The notes under the pieces are model-generated. The model saw only the letters and a list, made by a program, of their open reading frames with translations. It was not told the DNA's origin and made no database searches. DNA of 64,000 bases from Anthoceros angustus (lineage: Eukaryota > Plantae > Anthocerotophyta): contig MU008213.1 of the NCBI GenBank assembly GCA_010909165.1, positions 188,402-252,401 of the forward strand. The letters run 5' to 3'. Numbering within the stretch: position 1 is the stretch's first letter; every line of letters starts with the position of its first letter. Below, in pieces: positions 35,541 through 47,789 of this stretch. Made by a program: the position numbers and the translations under genes.

Positions 35541-38222
35541 CATGTCGGGACCTTCTCCTTTGCCTCCCGCTTTTCTTACTCCTCTTAGGATAGAGTTCAA
35601 GAATAGAGATAGATTTAATGGAACAGATTACACTATATGGGCAATGCGGGTGTCCCAAATTCTAGAAAAAAATGAATTGATGGGGGTTTGGTCCGAACAT
35701 GCTCCGCTGTGAGCCGCCGATCTCATTTTGGAATGGCAACTAAGGATCGGCAAGAACTATTATTATTTCGCCTAGATTGGAATATGATGACACATACCTT
35801 GTGCCCACTTCAAGTGATGTGTGGAATAACTTTAAGATGATTTATAAGGATAGGAGCTCACCTTAGTACAAGCCTTGAATTTTCAGCCTCCGCATGAAAG
35901 ATAATGAGGTGGAGTCTTACATTAACGTTTCGCACTTGTTGTGCTAACCTTGCATGTTGTGGAACAGATTTGAGTGAAGTCAGCCGTCACTTTGCAACCT
36001 TCTAAGCATATCAATCTTTTGTTTAGCGCACGATAAGAACAAAAGAAGTCAATCAGCCAGGTGCAACTCTTGCTATTACACTTCAGGAGGTGTTTGGAGC
36101 TCTTCTAGCAGAGGAGAGGACTCGTGGACTTAATAAAATGAAGGCCAGCTCAAGTGGTCAATCAAACTCAAGAATTTTGTTCACTGAGGCGTAGGGGCTT
36201 TCGAGGACGCAGGGACGTGGCTTCCCCAACCAAAATTTTCAGCGTTCCACATATAATCCATAGCAAAGACTAAAGGTAAATATGACCTACTATTGGTGCA
36301 AGATACCCGGCCATATTGAGAAGGATTGCCGAAGAAAAAGGCCGGTGAGCCTCGACGAGATATAAGTCTCCCTGAATCAAATGTCACAACAACAAAAGCT
36401 AAGTCACCCACAATCTTAGCTGTTTGTCTTTTATTTGTCCATTCTCAAGTAGAAACTTGGTATTTAGATTCTGGAGCCACTAGTCATATTTGTTTTGACA
36501 GACACTCATTTAAAACTTTCTCACCCACATATGATGCCAATCAGTTTGTGCTTTTGGGTGATGACAGTGGGCTTTCCATCAAAGGCTTAGGCTCAGTGGT
36601 CATACAGCTCCCAGACGAGTCTTCACTTATACTTTATGGTGTTTTATTTGTCCCATCTATGATCAAAAATTTGATGTCAGTGATTAAGTTTTCACATAAC
36701 TCTTGCCGAGTCTCGCTTTGATCAACTGCTTGCACCGTAACGCATGTTCCATCAAGTCGGACCTTTTCATAGGCCCCTTTTCATGATTTGTATTTATTAG
36801 ATGTCAAATCGATAGTGCAACCTCAACCCACTCGATTATCAATGCCATTCAAAGACAAGCTTCAATGCAACTTTGGCATTGTCGTCTTGCCACAATTTTC
36901 AACGCCTAGCATCTCTAACAAAGGGTGATAGTTTTGAGATCCACTTACCTATCTCCTTCTAGTCACCCCTTCTGACGCCGACCTTAGTAAAGCCTTTTCT
37001 AAGCCATATACGGATCTCTACTCAACAAGGGCCTCTGCCCTTTTGGATACTATTCATAGTGACATTTGTGGCCCTATGTCCACGAGCTCATTTGGAGGAG
37101 CTGTTTATTTTATTATATTCATAGATGAATGGAGCCGCTATTGTATTGTTTATGTGTTAAGACATAAAAGCGAGGCTCTTATGTGTTTTCAAACCTATGT
37201 GCGTTTTGCAACCCGGCAGATAGGTCACAAGGTTAAAATTTTACGTAGTAACAATGGTGGCTAGTACATCAGCCATGCTTTCAGAACTTTTGCTCTTCGG
37301 AAGGGATCCATCACTACCACTCAGGTCGTATACTCCCGCCGTAACTCTTGCCGAGAGGAAAAACAGGACACTCCAGGAGGCTACTTTGACATCTGTCACT
37401 TTTGCTAGTGTCTCTCGTGGATATTGGGCTGAAGCGTTGATGGCTGCTAACTGTGTTCTCAACCGACTACCTTCTAAGGAGCTTGGTTTGACTACTCCTT
37501 ATGAGAGGTGGACAAGACACAAGCCCGCATTGGGCACTTGATATTCGGATCACCAAAATTTTATGCTTATGTGCCTAGAGAGGGGCCGACAACGATAACC
37601 CTTCGCCCAATCACCCCTGTAGCTCAACTCCCATTGTTGCGGTGTGACGATGATCACCGGTCTTCCGTGAGGTGATGACACTATTGTACTTGAACTGCGG
37701 ATGAAGTTATCAAGCCAATGAAGAGCCTCCTCAAGTCCTCATTCTACTGACACCATCCTCCAAGGTCGAGTGGAAAGAGCCGTATGTTGCGGTGTATTGT
37801 CAGAGGAACCACTTTTTCCACCTGCTCACGTTTTTAGTGCTGTAGACTCATTAGGTGAACCCGCCACCTATAGAGAAGCTATTGAAGGGCAAGCTTCCTT
37901 TGCGTAAGGCTATTGAGTCCGAATATCAATCTCTCATTTCTAATAAAACTTGAGTTCTTGTAGATCTCCTCACGGTCGTAAACCAGGTTGCTTGTAAGTG
38001 GGTCTTCAAAAAACTCAATACGGATGGTAGTGTTGGTAGGTATATAAGGCTCGCCTCGGCAAAGGGATATAGTCAAGAAGGGGTTAGACTACAATGAAAC
38101 ATTTTCCCATTGTTAAGTCTACTTCCATAAGAATACTCCTTGCCCTTTGCTCACTACAATCTCCTCATACATCGTTAGACGTAAAACGCTTTAATGGCAC
38201 TTAGATGAGGTCATCTACATGG
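35541..38222 (+). mobile_element. Ty1/Copia retrotransposon, copy A (gag-PR-IN-5' RT), decayed and 3'-truncated
   Basis: gag: DRFNGTDYTIWAMRV. Knuckle: YYWCKIPGHIEKDC. Protease: WYLDSGATSHI. Integrase: IHSDICGPM...FIDEWSRY...AERKNRTL. RT: PATYREA...CKWVFK...YKARLVAKG...LDEVIYM. It ends before YVDD and RNase H. Confidence 0.92.
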
Positions 38223-38240
38223 CAAAATATTATACTTATT

Positions 38241-38613
38241 TTAGTATATCCAGTGAGCGATCCTATAAGCAAGATAAAGTTTGAAATTGGCTCCAAACAT
38301 GGTGTGATGTATGAAATTTGTTTATTAACCATATCAACATGGACAACATGTACAAATCCAACAACATGATTGGTGAGAGCTTGATTAATTTCTTTAGTTG
38401 AGGATATAGCTATAATTGAATGTAGAAGATCGTTTAATGATAACACGTTGAACTTGAGCCCGATTAATAAGGGACTTTTGACCTAATGGAAGAAGACCTC
38501 GAGATTTGCATAGTCTTTTGACCCTATAGATTTGAATTTTCAAAATGCAGTTGATACTTGAGGAGTCAATCCATTCCTACTAACATCGTAGAAATAATTT
38601 TTGCTCTTCATAA
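38241..38613 (-). pseudogene. Clp1-like gene, 3' fragment (copy 1)
   Basis: Near-identical to 40831-41213 (HSIIAISSTKEINQALTNHVVGFVHV). Confidence 0.85.
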
Positions 38614-38619
38614 AACGGC

Positions 38620-40812
38620 TAGTCAATCAAATTGCGGTGCAACTCGCTATTACACTTGAGAGGTGTTTGGAGCTCTTCTAGCGAGAGGAGGACTCGTGGA
38701 CTTAATAAAATGAAGCTCAAGTGGTCAATCAAACTCAAGAATTTTGTTCACTTCTCGAGGCAGAGGGGGCTTTCGAGGACGTGGCAGGGGACGTGGCTTC
38801 CCCAACCAAAATTTTCAGCGTTCCACATATAATCCATAGCAGCACTAAAGCAGAAATATGACCTACTATTGGTGCAAGATACCCGGCCATATTGAGAAGG
38901 ATTGCCGGAAGAAAAAGGCCGGTGAGCCTCGACGAGATATAAGTCTCCCTGAATCAAATGTCACAACAACAAAAGCTAAGTCACCCACAATCTTAGCTGT
39001 TTGTCTTTCATCCATTCTCAAGTAGAAACTTGGTATTTAGATTAAGCCACTAGTCATATTTGTTTTGAGACACTCATTTAAAACTTTCTCACCCACATAT
39101 GATGCCAATCGGTTTGTGCTTTTGGTGATGGGCTTTCCATCAAAGGCTTGGCTCGGTGGTCATCTGACTCCCAGGGAGTCTTCACTTATACTTTATGGTG
39201 TTTTATTTGTCCCATCTATGATCAAAAATTTGATGTCAGTGATTAAGTTTTCACATAACTCTTGCCGAGTCTGCTTTAATCAATCTGGTTGCACTGTAAC
39301 GCATGTTCCATCAAGTCAGGACCTTTTCATAGGCCCCCCTTTTCATGATTTGTATTTATTAGATGTCAAATCGATAGTGCAACCTCAACCCACTCAGTCT
39401 ATCAATGCCATTCAAAGACAAGCTTCAATGCAACTTTGGCATTGTCGTCTTGCCGTCAATTTTCAACTAGCATCTCTAACAAAGGGTGATAGTTTTGAGA
39501 TCCACTTACCTATCTCCTTCTAGTCACCCCACCTGGCCTCGACAGTAAAGCCTTTTCTAAGCCATATGGATCTCCACTCAACAAGGGCCTCGCCCTTTTG
39601 GATACTATTCATAGTGACATTTGTGGCCCTATGTCCACGAGCTCATTTGGAGGAGCTGATTTATTATATTCATAGATGAATGGAGCCTATTATTGTTTAT
39701 GTGTTAAGACATAGCGAGGCTCTTATGTGTTTTCAAACCTATGTGCGTTTTGCAACCCGGCAGATAGGTCACAAGGTTAAAATTTTACGTAGTAACAATG
39801 GTGGCTAGTACATCAGCCATGCTTTCAGAACTTTTGCTCTTCGGAAGGGATCCATCACCAGCTCACCGTGTCGTATACTCCTGCTCAGAACTCTTTTGCT
39901 GAGAGGAAAAACAGGACACTCCAGGAGGCTACTTTGACATCTGTCACTTTTGCTAGTGTCTCTCGTGGATATTGGGCTGAAGCGTTGATGGCTGCTAACT
40001 GTGTTCTCAACCGACTACCTTCTAAGGAGCTTGGTTTGACTACTCCTTATGAGAGGTGGACAAGACACAAGCCCCGCATTGGGCACTTGCGTATATTCGG
40101 ATCACCAGCTTATGCTTATGTGCCTAGAGAGGGGGCTGATAACGATAACCCTTCAGCTCCAATCACCCTGTAGCTCCAACTCCCATTGTTGCAGGTGACG
40201 ATGATCACCCTGGTCTTCCAGAGGTGACTGATGACACTATTGTACTTGAACCTGCACAGGATGAAGTTACTGAAGCCAATGAAGAGCCTCCTGAAGTCCT
40301 ACGTCATTCTACCAGACACCATCCTCCAAGGTCAGAGTGGAAAGAGCCTCCGTATGTTGCAGGTATTGCTGTAGAGGAACCACTTTTTCCACCTGCTCAC
40401 GTTTTTAGTGCTGTAGACTCATTAGGTGAACCCGCCACCTATAGAGAAGCTATTGAAGGGCCTGAAGCTTCCTTTTGGCAGAAGGCTATTGAGTCTGAAT
40501 ATCAATCTCTCATTTCTAATAAAACTTGAGTTCTTGTAGATCTCCCTCCTGGTCGTAAACCAGTTGCTTGTAAGTGGGTCTTCAAAAAAAACTCAATCGG
40601 ATGGTAGTGTTGGTAGGTATATAAGGCTCGCCTCGTGGCAAAGGGATATAGTCAAGTAGCGGGTTAGACTACAATGAAACATTTTCCCAGTTGTTAAGTC
40701 TACTTCCATAAGAATACTCCTTGCCCTTGCTGCTCACTACAATCTCCTCATACATCAGTTAGACGTAAAAACTGCTTTTCTTAATGGCACTTAGATGAGG
40801 TCATCTACATGG
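38620..40812 (+). mobile_element. Ty1/Copia copy B (late gag to 5' RT), near-identical to copy A
   Basis: It has the same motifs and shares the same premature stops as copy A (NNGG*Y, NKT*VLVD). It breaks at the same RT position (GTCATCTACATGG). Confidence 0.92.
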
Positions 40813-40830
40813 CAAAATATTATACTTATT

Positions 40831-42122
40831 TTAGTATATCCAGGTGAGCGATCCTATAAGCAAGATAAAGTTTGAAATTGGCTCCAAACATGGTGTGATG
40901 TATGAAATTTGTTTATTAACCATATCAACATGGACAACATGTACAAATCCAACAACATGATTGGTGAGAGCTTGATTAATTTCTTTAGTTGAGGATATAG
41001 CTATAATTGAATGTAGAAGATCAGGTTTAATGATAACACGTTGAACTTGAGCCTGATTAATAAGGGACTTTTGACCTAATGGAAGAAGACCTCGAGAGAT
41101 TTGCATAGTCTTTTTGACCCTATAGATTTGAACAGCTTCAAAATGCACAGTTGATACTTGAGGAGTCAATCCATTCCTACTAACATCGTAGAAATAATTT
41201 TTGCTCTTCATAATGCAATTGAGCCGTAGCTCATCACTTTTGGGTTCCACACCACCTGATATACTCAACTTCACAATATCCACCTTTTATTTTTCATACG
41301 TGATTTTTTACTTTCATTTAGCATGTAGTGTAATTTATCTTTCTCAATCACAAAAATCACATCAACTTTGAATACTTCAATTACTTCTAAGAGAACATCA
41401 TAACCTTCATAGTCTGAATCATTCCATGCTACAGAGTTGATGACCATCCCTGATTTATTATAATTATTTTGTAGTTCGACCAACTCTAAATTTTGAGCTA
41501 GCTCCTTCATCAATTTTTTGTATACAACAAGATTTGCATTCTGAGTCAAATGACCATAATAGTATACAAGAGATGATATCGGATCTATAGGTAGCCCTTT
41601 TTCAGGATTGATAGGTTGCTCGATACGAGTGGCTGTTAGAGTTCCTGGCATCGTTATATCACCTCGCCCAACATCAAGATCAACATAAATTGGTTTCCGT
41701 CCTTCCTCTATAGCCCAATTTAATAACATATGCGAAAATTTAGTCTTTCCAGAGTTAGATGGACCAACTACTAGTACTCTTGGACCAGGTAAAGAATTTT
41801 GTTCAGCATGTTGTCTTGTTCTCTCTAGAACTTCATGACACTTATATATGAACATTGGTGTTGGCTCATTTGAATCTGCACCTGCAATATAGATGAATTG
41901 CCATTCCCCATCCACTTCTATTATTGCCTTATGCCATGTAAGAACAGCGAACTCATGACCAGATGAAAAGGTGAGCCACTTTTGAAGGCACATTTTAGCT
42001 CCAAATATTTCAGCTGTTCCCGCTAAGAGCTGAATTTTTAAAGATCCATGCACACCTACATCTATGCGGAGTTCTTGTTGCGCTCTAAGAAAGAACGTTC
42101 TAGACATGGATCTGGAACTCAT
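40831..42122 (-). CDS. CLP1: Intronless, divergent Clp1 (polyribonucleotide 5'-OH kinase / mRNA cleavage factor, CLPS3-like), about 430 aa; one frameshift near 41280 in this copy
   Basis: QELRIDV...GTAEIFG...PTPM...GPRVLVVGPSNSGKT (P-loop)...VDLDVGRGDITMPG...LVYYYGH...GMVINSVAW...VDIVKLSISGGV...LLHSIIAIS...LIGSLTWIY*. The copy at 45007-45468 reads through the frameshift position in frame. Confidence 0.88.
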
Positions 42123-42419
42123 TTTTGTTCAATAGTTAACTTAGTTGAATAAATTAACAGAACCTCTCGCGTCTCAAGGATTCGCACAAAGTAGACCAAT
42201 GTGCCCTATCCCCCGTATACCAATCTAGCTTAGGCTAGAATAAGAGAGCTAGAAAAAAGCCAAGGAACACGCTATCGTAGTTTTATGATGATTAACTTGA
42301 GAAGTCTTACAATATTAAGAGACAAAACCTCAGGCTGTGGTGCTCACTCAAAGTAGAGTTGTCGTCTTGCAAACCTAGTCTATAAATATCATAGTGTCTT
42401 CACCTATTTTATTGAAATA

Positions 42420-42670
42420 CTATAATAAGAACTTGTACATGACTCCACCTATTTTAGTAAATACCTGAAAAGAAACTAAATATTGTAAGATGAACTTGTA
42501 TATGACCTCACATATTTAAGTAAATACCAGAAAAAAAGATAAATACTATAAGGAGAACTTGTATATGACTCCACCCATTTTAGTCAATACCTAAACAAAA
42601 GCTAAATACTATAAGAAGAACTTGTATATGACTTCACCTGATTTAGTAAGTATATATAAGAATTTGTATG
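42420..42670. repeat. 63-bp AT-rich tandem repeat x4 upstream of Clp1 (duplicated at about 48081-48331)
   Basis: GAACTTGTA anchors at 42429, 42492, 42555 and 42618. Confidence 0.88.
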
Positions 42671-43297
42671 TAATATCCTCGTTTCCAAAGAGCAAAAAAA
42701 ATTTAACCTATTTTATGTATTACGATATTAAAAATACAGCCTGGAAAAACAACATGATGCTAAATGGCCCTACCAATATCTTCGTCTACCCTCATACACA
42801 CTTACAAACCTGATCTATAGTGTCACATATATAGGCAGACGCTTGAGCACATATAATAAACTTGACTTATGGTCCAAGTACGCACGGTCACATTATAGGC
42901 AGACGCTTGATGCTCAAGGTAATTAATTACTTTCTGTCATAGTCACATACAGTATGTAGGCAGACGCACGCTAGGTAGCAGGCCCTTTCCCCAAGCCCAA
43001 GGACGATAAATAAGCGGATAAGGCGGGGATAAAGGTGGATAAGGCGACAAAGTTCTATGGCCTGTGTAGCTCGCTCGTTCTGATCATGGGCCCCCATCTG
43101 GGTTGGGCACCATGGTGAGCACATCCATCGCGTCTTGCAACCTGGGATGCGAAGCATACTTCCGCAGGATGGGCCATACTTTGTCAGCACAGTATAAATG
43201 AGGGACCGGGAAAGACGACAGTCTGTCTCCACCAGTACTCCCAGAGCCTGAACATCCTCATCAGTGAGTACCTCTGATCACAAAGTTTAGTGACAGT

Positions 43298-43682
43298 CTC
43301 ATTAGGTGAACCCGCCACCTATAGAAGCTATTGAAGGGCCTGAAGCTTCCTTTTGGCGAGAAGGCTATTGAGTCCGAATATCAATCTCTCATTTCTAATA
43401 AAACTTGAGTTCTTGTAGATCTCCCTCACGGTCGTAAACCGGTTGCTTGTAAGTGGGTCTTCAAAAAACTGTCTGATGGTAGTGTTGGTAGGTATATAAG
43501 GCTCGCCTCGTGGCAAAGGGATATAGTCAAGTAGCGGGTTAGACTACAATGAAACATTTTCCAGTTGTTAAGTCTACTTCCATAAGAATACTCCTTGCCC
43601 TTTGCTCACTACAATCTCCTCATACATCGCTTAGGCGTAAAAGCGCTTTCTTAATGGCACTTAGATGAGGTCATCTACATGG
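43298..43682 (+). mobile_element. Copia RT fragment (copy C)
   Basis: Copy of 40410-40812 with the same TGA stop and the same breakpoint. Confidence 0.88.
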
Positions 43683-43700
43683 CAAAATATTATACTTATT

Positions 43701-43830
43701 TTAGTATATCCGGTGAGCGATCCTATAAGCAAGATAAAGTTTGAAATTGGCTCCAAACATGGTGTGATGTATGAAATTTGTTTATTAACCATATCAACAT
43801 GGACAACATGTACAAATCCAACAACATGAT
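43701..43830 (-). pseudogene. Clp1-like 3' tip (copy 3)
   Basis: Matches 40831-40960. It ends at an 11-bp microhomology junction. Confidence 0.8.
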
Positions 43831-44243
43831 GCTAAATGGCCTACCAATATCTTCGTCTACCCTCATACACACTTACAAACCTGATCTATAGTGTCACATA
43901 TATAGGCAGACGCTTGAGCACATATAATAAAACTTGACTTATGGTCCAAGTACGCACGGTCACATTATAGGCAGACGCTTGATGCTCAAGGTAATTAATT
44001 ACTTTCTGTCATAGTCACATACAGTATGTAGGCAGACGCACGCTAGGTAGCAGGCCCTTTCCCCAAGCCCAAGGACGATAAATAAGCGGATAAGGCGGGG
44101 ATAAAGGTGGATAAGGCGACAAAGTTCTATGGCCTGTGTAGCTCGCTCGTTCTGATCATGGGCCCCCATCTGGGTTGGGCACCATGGTGAGCACATCCAT
44201 CGCGTCTTGCAACCTGGGATGCGAAGCATACTTCCGCAGGATG

Positions 44244-44762
44244 ATCAAGCCAATGAAGAGCCTCCAAGTCCTCGTCATTCTACGGACACCATCCTCCAAG
44301 GTCGAGTGGAAAGAGCCTCAGTATGTTGCGGTATTGTCAGAACCACTTTTTCCACACTCACGTTCTTGTAGACTCATTAGGTGAACCCGCCACCTATAGA
44401 AGCTATTGAAGGGCCTGAAGCTTCCTTTTAAGGCTATTGAGTCGAATATCAATCTCTCATTTCTAATAAAACTTGAGTTCTTGTAGATCTCCCTCCTGGT
44501 CGTAAACCAGTTGCTTGTAAGTGGGTCTTCAAAAAAAACTCAATACAGATGGTAGTGTTGGTAGGTATATAAGGCTCGCCTCGTGGCAAAGGGATATAGT
44601 CAAGTAGCGGGGTTAGACTACAATGAAACATTTTCCCCAGTTGTTAAGTCTACTTCCATAAGAATACTCCTTGCCCTTGCTGCTCACTACAATCTCCTCA
44701 TACATCAGTTAGACGTAAAAACTGCTTTTCTTAATGGCACTTAGATGAGGTCATCTACATGG
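44244..44762 (+). mobile_element. Copia RT fragment (copy D)
   Basis: Copy of about 40260-40812. Confidence 0.88.
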
Positions 44763-44780
44763 CAAAATATTATACTTATT

Positions 44781-45782
44781 TTAGTATATCCAGGTGAGCG
44801 ATCCTATAAGCAAGATAAAGTTTGAAATTGGCTCCAAACATGGTGTGATGTATGAAATTTGTTTATTAACCATATCAACATGGACAACATGTACAAATCC
44901 AACAACATGATTGGTGAGAGCTTGATTAATTTCTTTAGTTGAGGATATAGCTATAATTGAATGTAGAAGATCAGGTTTAATGATAACACGTTGAACTTGA
45001 GCCTGATTAATAAGGGACTTTTGACCTAATGGAAGAAGACCTCGAGATTTGCATAGTCTTTTTGACCCTATAGATTTGAACAGCTTCAAAATGCACAGTT
45101 GATACTTGAGGAGTCAATCCATTCCTACTAACATCGTAGAAATAATTTTTGCTCTTCATAATGCAATTCGCGAGCCGTAGCTCATCACTTTTGGGTTCCA
45201 CACCACCTGATATACTCAACTTCACAATATCCACCCTTTTATTTTTCATACTGTGATTTTTTTTACTTTCATTTAGCATGTAGTGTAATTTATCTTTCTC
45301 AATCACAAAAATCACATCAACTTTGAATACTTCAATTACTTCTAAGAGAACATCATAACCTTCATAGTCTGAATCATTCCATGCTACAGAGTTGATGACC
45401 ATCCCTGATTTATTATAATTATTTTGTAGTTCGACCAACTCTAAATTTTGAGCTAGCTCCTTCATCAATTTTTGTATACAACAAGATTTGCATTCGAGTC
45501 AAATGACCATAATAGTATACAAGAGATGATATCGGATCTATAGGTAGCCCTTTTTCGTGGATTGATAGGTTGCTCGACACGAGTGGTCATAGAGTTCCCG
45601 CATCGTTATATCACCTCGCCCAACATCAAGATCAACATAAATTGGTTTCGTCCTTCCTCTATAGCCCAATTTAATAACATATGTCGAAAATTTAGTCTTT
45701 CCAGTTAGATGGACCAACTACTAGTACTCTTGGACCGTAAAGAATTTTGTTCAAGATGTTGTCTTGTTCTCTCTAGAACTTC
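44781..45782 (-). pseudogene. Clp1-like gene lacking its 5' third (copy 4)
   Basis: Copy of 40831-41833 with private indels. It ends at the CTAGAACTTC junction. Confidence 0.85.
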
Positions 45783-46357
45783 TTCAAGAGTTAAGCAGAC
45801 TCGGAGGGATGAAGAGACCAGGAGGTTCAGTGACGCAGAGATGATGAAGGACATAAGAACATATACCATTGGCGGACGGAAAACAAAATTTTACCATGCA
45901 GGCGAACAAGCCATTTCCCAGTCAGTTTAACCTGCAGGAAATCTCTCCAGGGCCAAGGCGAAAAATCGGTCAAGGGCGACGGACTTGCCATTTCTCGATC
46001 TGCTCAACCTGCTGGGAATCTGTCGAGGGCCAAGGCGAAAAACCTGTCAAGGGCTAAGAAGCCATTTCTTAGTCAGTTCAATCTGCAGGAATCTGTCGAG
46101 AGCCAAGGCGAAAAACCTGTCAAGGGCGAAAAGCCATTTCTCAGCCAGTTCAACCTGCAGGAATTCTGTCGAGGGCAAGGCTAAAAATCTGTGAAGGGCG
46201 AAGAATCCATTTCTCATCCAGTTCAACCTGGTCACAGTGTCAGGCGAGACGCACTGTGATAGCGTGAACTTACGGTGAGAGCAGCATGTTTACTATGTCA
46301 CCGACCAAACTGATGGCCACAAACACATGAGATTGGCGTCCTCTCTCCTGAATCCAG

Positions 46358-46497
46358 CAATGAAACATTTTCCCGATTGTTAAGTCTACTTCCATAAGAA
46401 TACTCCTTGCCCTTCTTTGCTCACTACAATCTCCTCATACATCGCTTAGGCGTAAAAGCGCTTTCTTAATGGCACTTAGATGAGGTCATCTACATGG
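46358..46497 (+). mobile_element. Copia RT fragment (copy E)
   Basis: Copy of 40672-40812. Confidence 0.85.
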
Positions 46498-46515
46498 CAA
46501 AATATTATACTTATT

Positions 46516-47789
46516 TTAGTATATCCGGTGAGCGATCCTATAAGCAAGATAAAGTTTGAAATTGGCTCCAAACATGGTGTGATGTATGAAATTTGTTTAT
46601 TAACCATATCAACATGGACAACATGTACAAATCCAACAACATGATTGGTGAGAGCTTGATTAATTTCTTTAGTTGAGGATATAGCTATAATTGAATGTAG
46701 AAGATCGGGTTTAATGATAACACGTTGAACTTGAGCCTGATTAATAAGGGACTTTTGACCTAATGGAAGAAGACCTCGAGATTTGCATAGTCTTTTGACC
46801 CTATAGATTTGAAACTTCAAAATGCAGTTGATACTTGAGGAGTCAATCCATTCCTACTAACATCGTAGAAATAATTTTTGCTCTTCATAATGCAAGCCGT
46901 AGCTCATCACTTTTGGGTTCCACACCACGATATACTACTCAACTTCACAATATCCACCTTTTATTTTTCATCTTGATTTTTTTACTTTCATTTAGCATGT
47001 AGTGTAATTTATCTTTCTCAATCACAAAATCACATCAACTTTGAATACTTCAATTACTTCTAAGAGAACATCATAACCTTCATAGTCAATCATTCCATGC
47101 TACTCGAGTTGATGACCATCCCCGATTTATTATAATTATTTTGTAGTTCGACCAACTCTAAATTTTGAGCTAGCTCCTTCATCAATTTTTGTATACAACA
47201 AGATTTGCATTCGAGTCAAATGACCATAATAGTATACAAGATGATATCGGATCTATAGGTAGCCCTTTTTCGTGGATTGATAGGTTGCTCGACACGAGTG
47301 GTCATAGAGTTCCCGCATCGTTATATCACCTCGCCCAACATCAAGATCAACATAAATTGGTTTCCGTCCTTCCTCTATAGCCCAATTTAATAACATATGC
47401 GAAAATTTAGTCTTTCCAGAGTTAGATGGACCAACTACTAGTACTCTTGGACCAGGTAAAGAATTTTGTTCAGCATGTTGTCTTGTTCTCTCTAGAACTT
47501 CATGACACTTGCGATATATGAACATTGGTGTTGGCTCATTTGAATCTGCACCTGCAATATAGATGAATTGCCATTCCCCATCCACTTCTATTATTGCCTT
47601 ATGCCATGTAAGAACAGCGAACTCATGACCAGATGAAAAGGTGAGCCACTTTTGAAGGCACATTTTAGCTCCAAATATTTCAGCTGTTCCCGCTAAGAGC
47701 TGAATTTTAAAGATCCATGCACACCTACATCTATGGAGTTCTTGTTGCGCTCTAAGAAAGAACGTTCTAGACATGGATCTGGAACTCAT
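46516..47789 (-). pseudogene. Full-length Clp1-like copy 5 with several frameshifts
   Basis: ATG at 47789 (MSSRSMSRTFF). It is collinear with 40831-42122 and differs mainly by 1-3-nt indels. Confidence 0.85.

Noticed and set aside
40831-42122. Clp1 as a prokaryotic or viral RNA-repair system
   Set aside because: The protein is collinear with plant CLPS3-type Clp1 from the N-terminal domain to the C-terminal GSLxW, and no ligase or other partner gene is adjacent.
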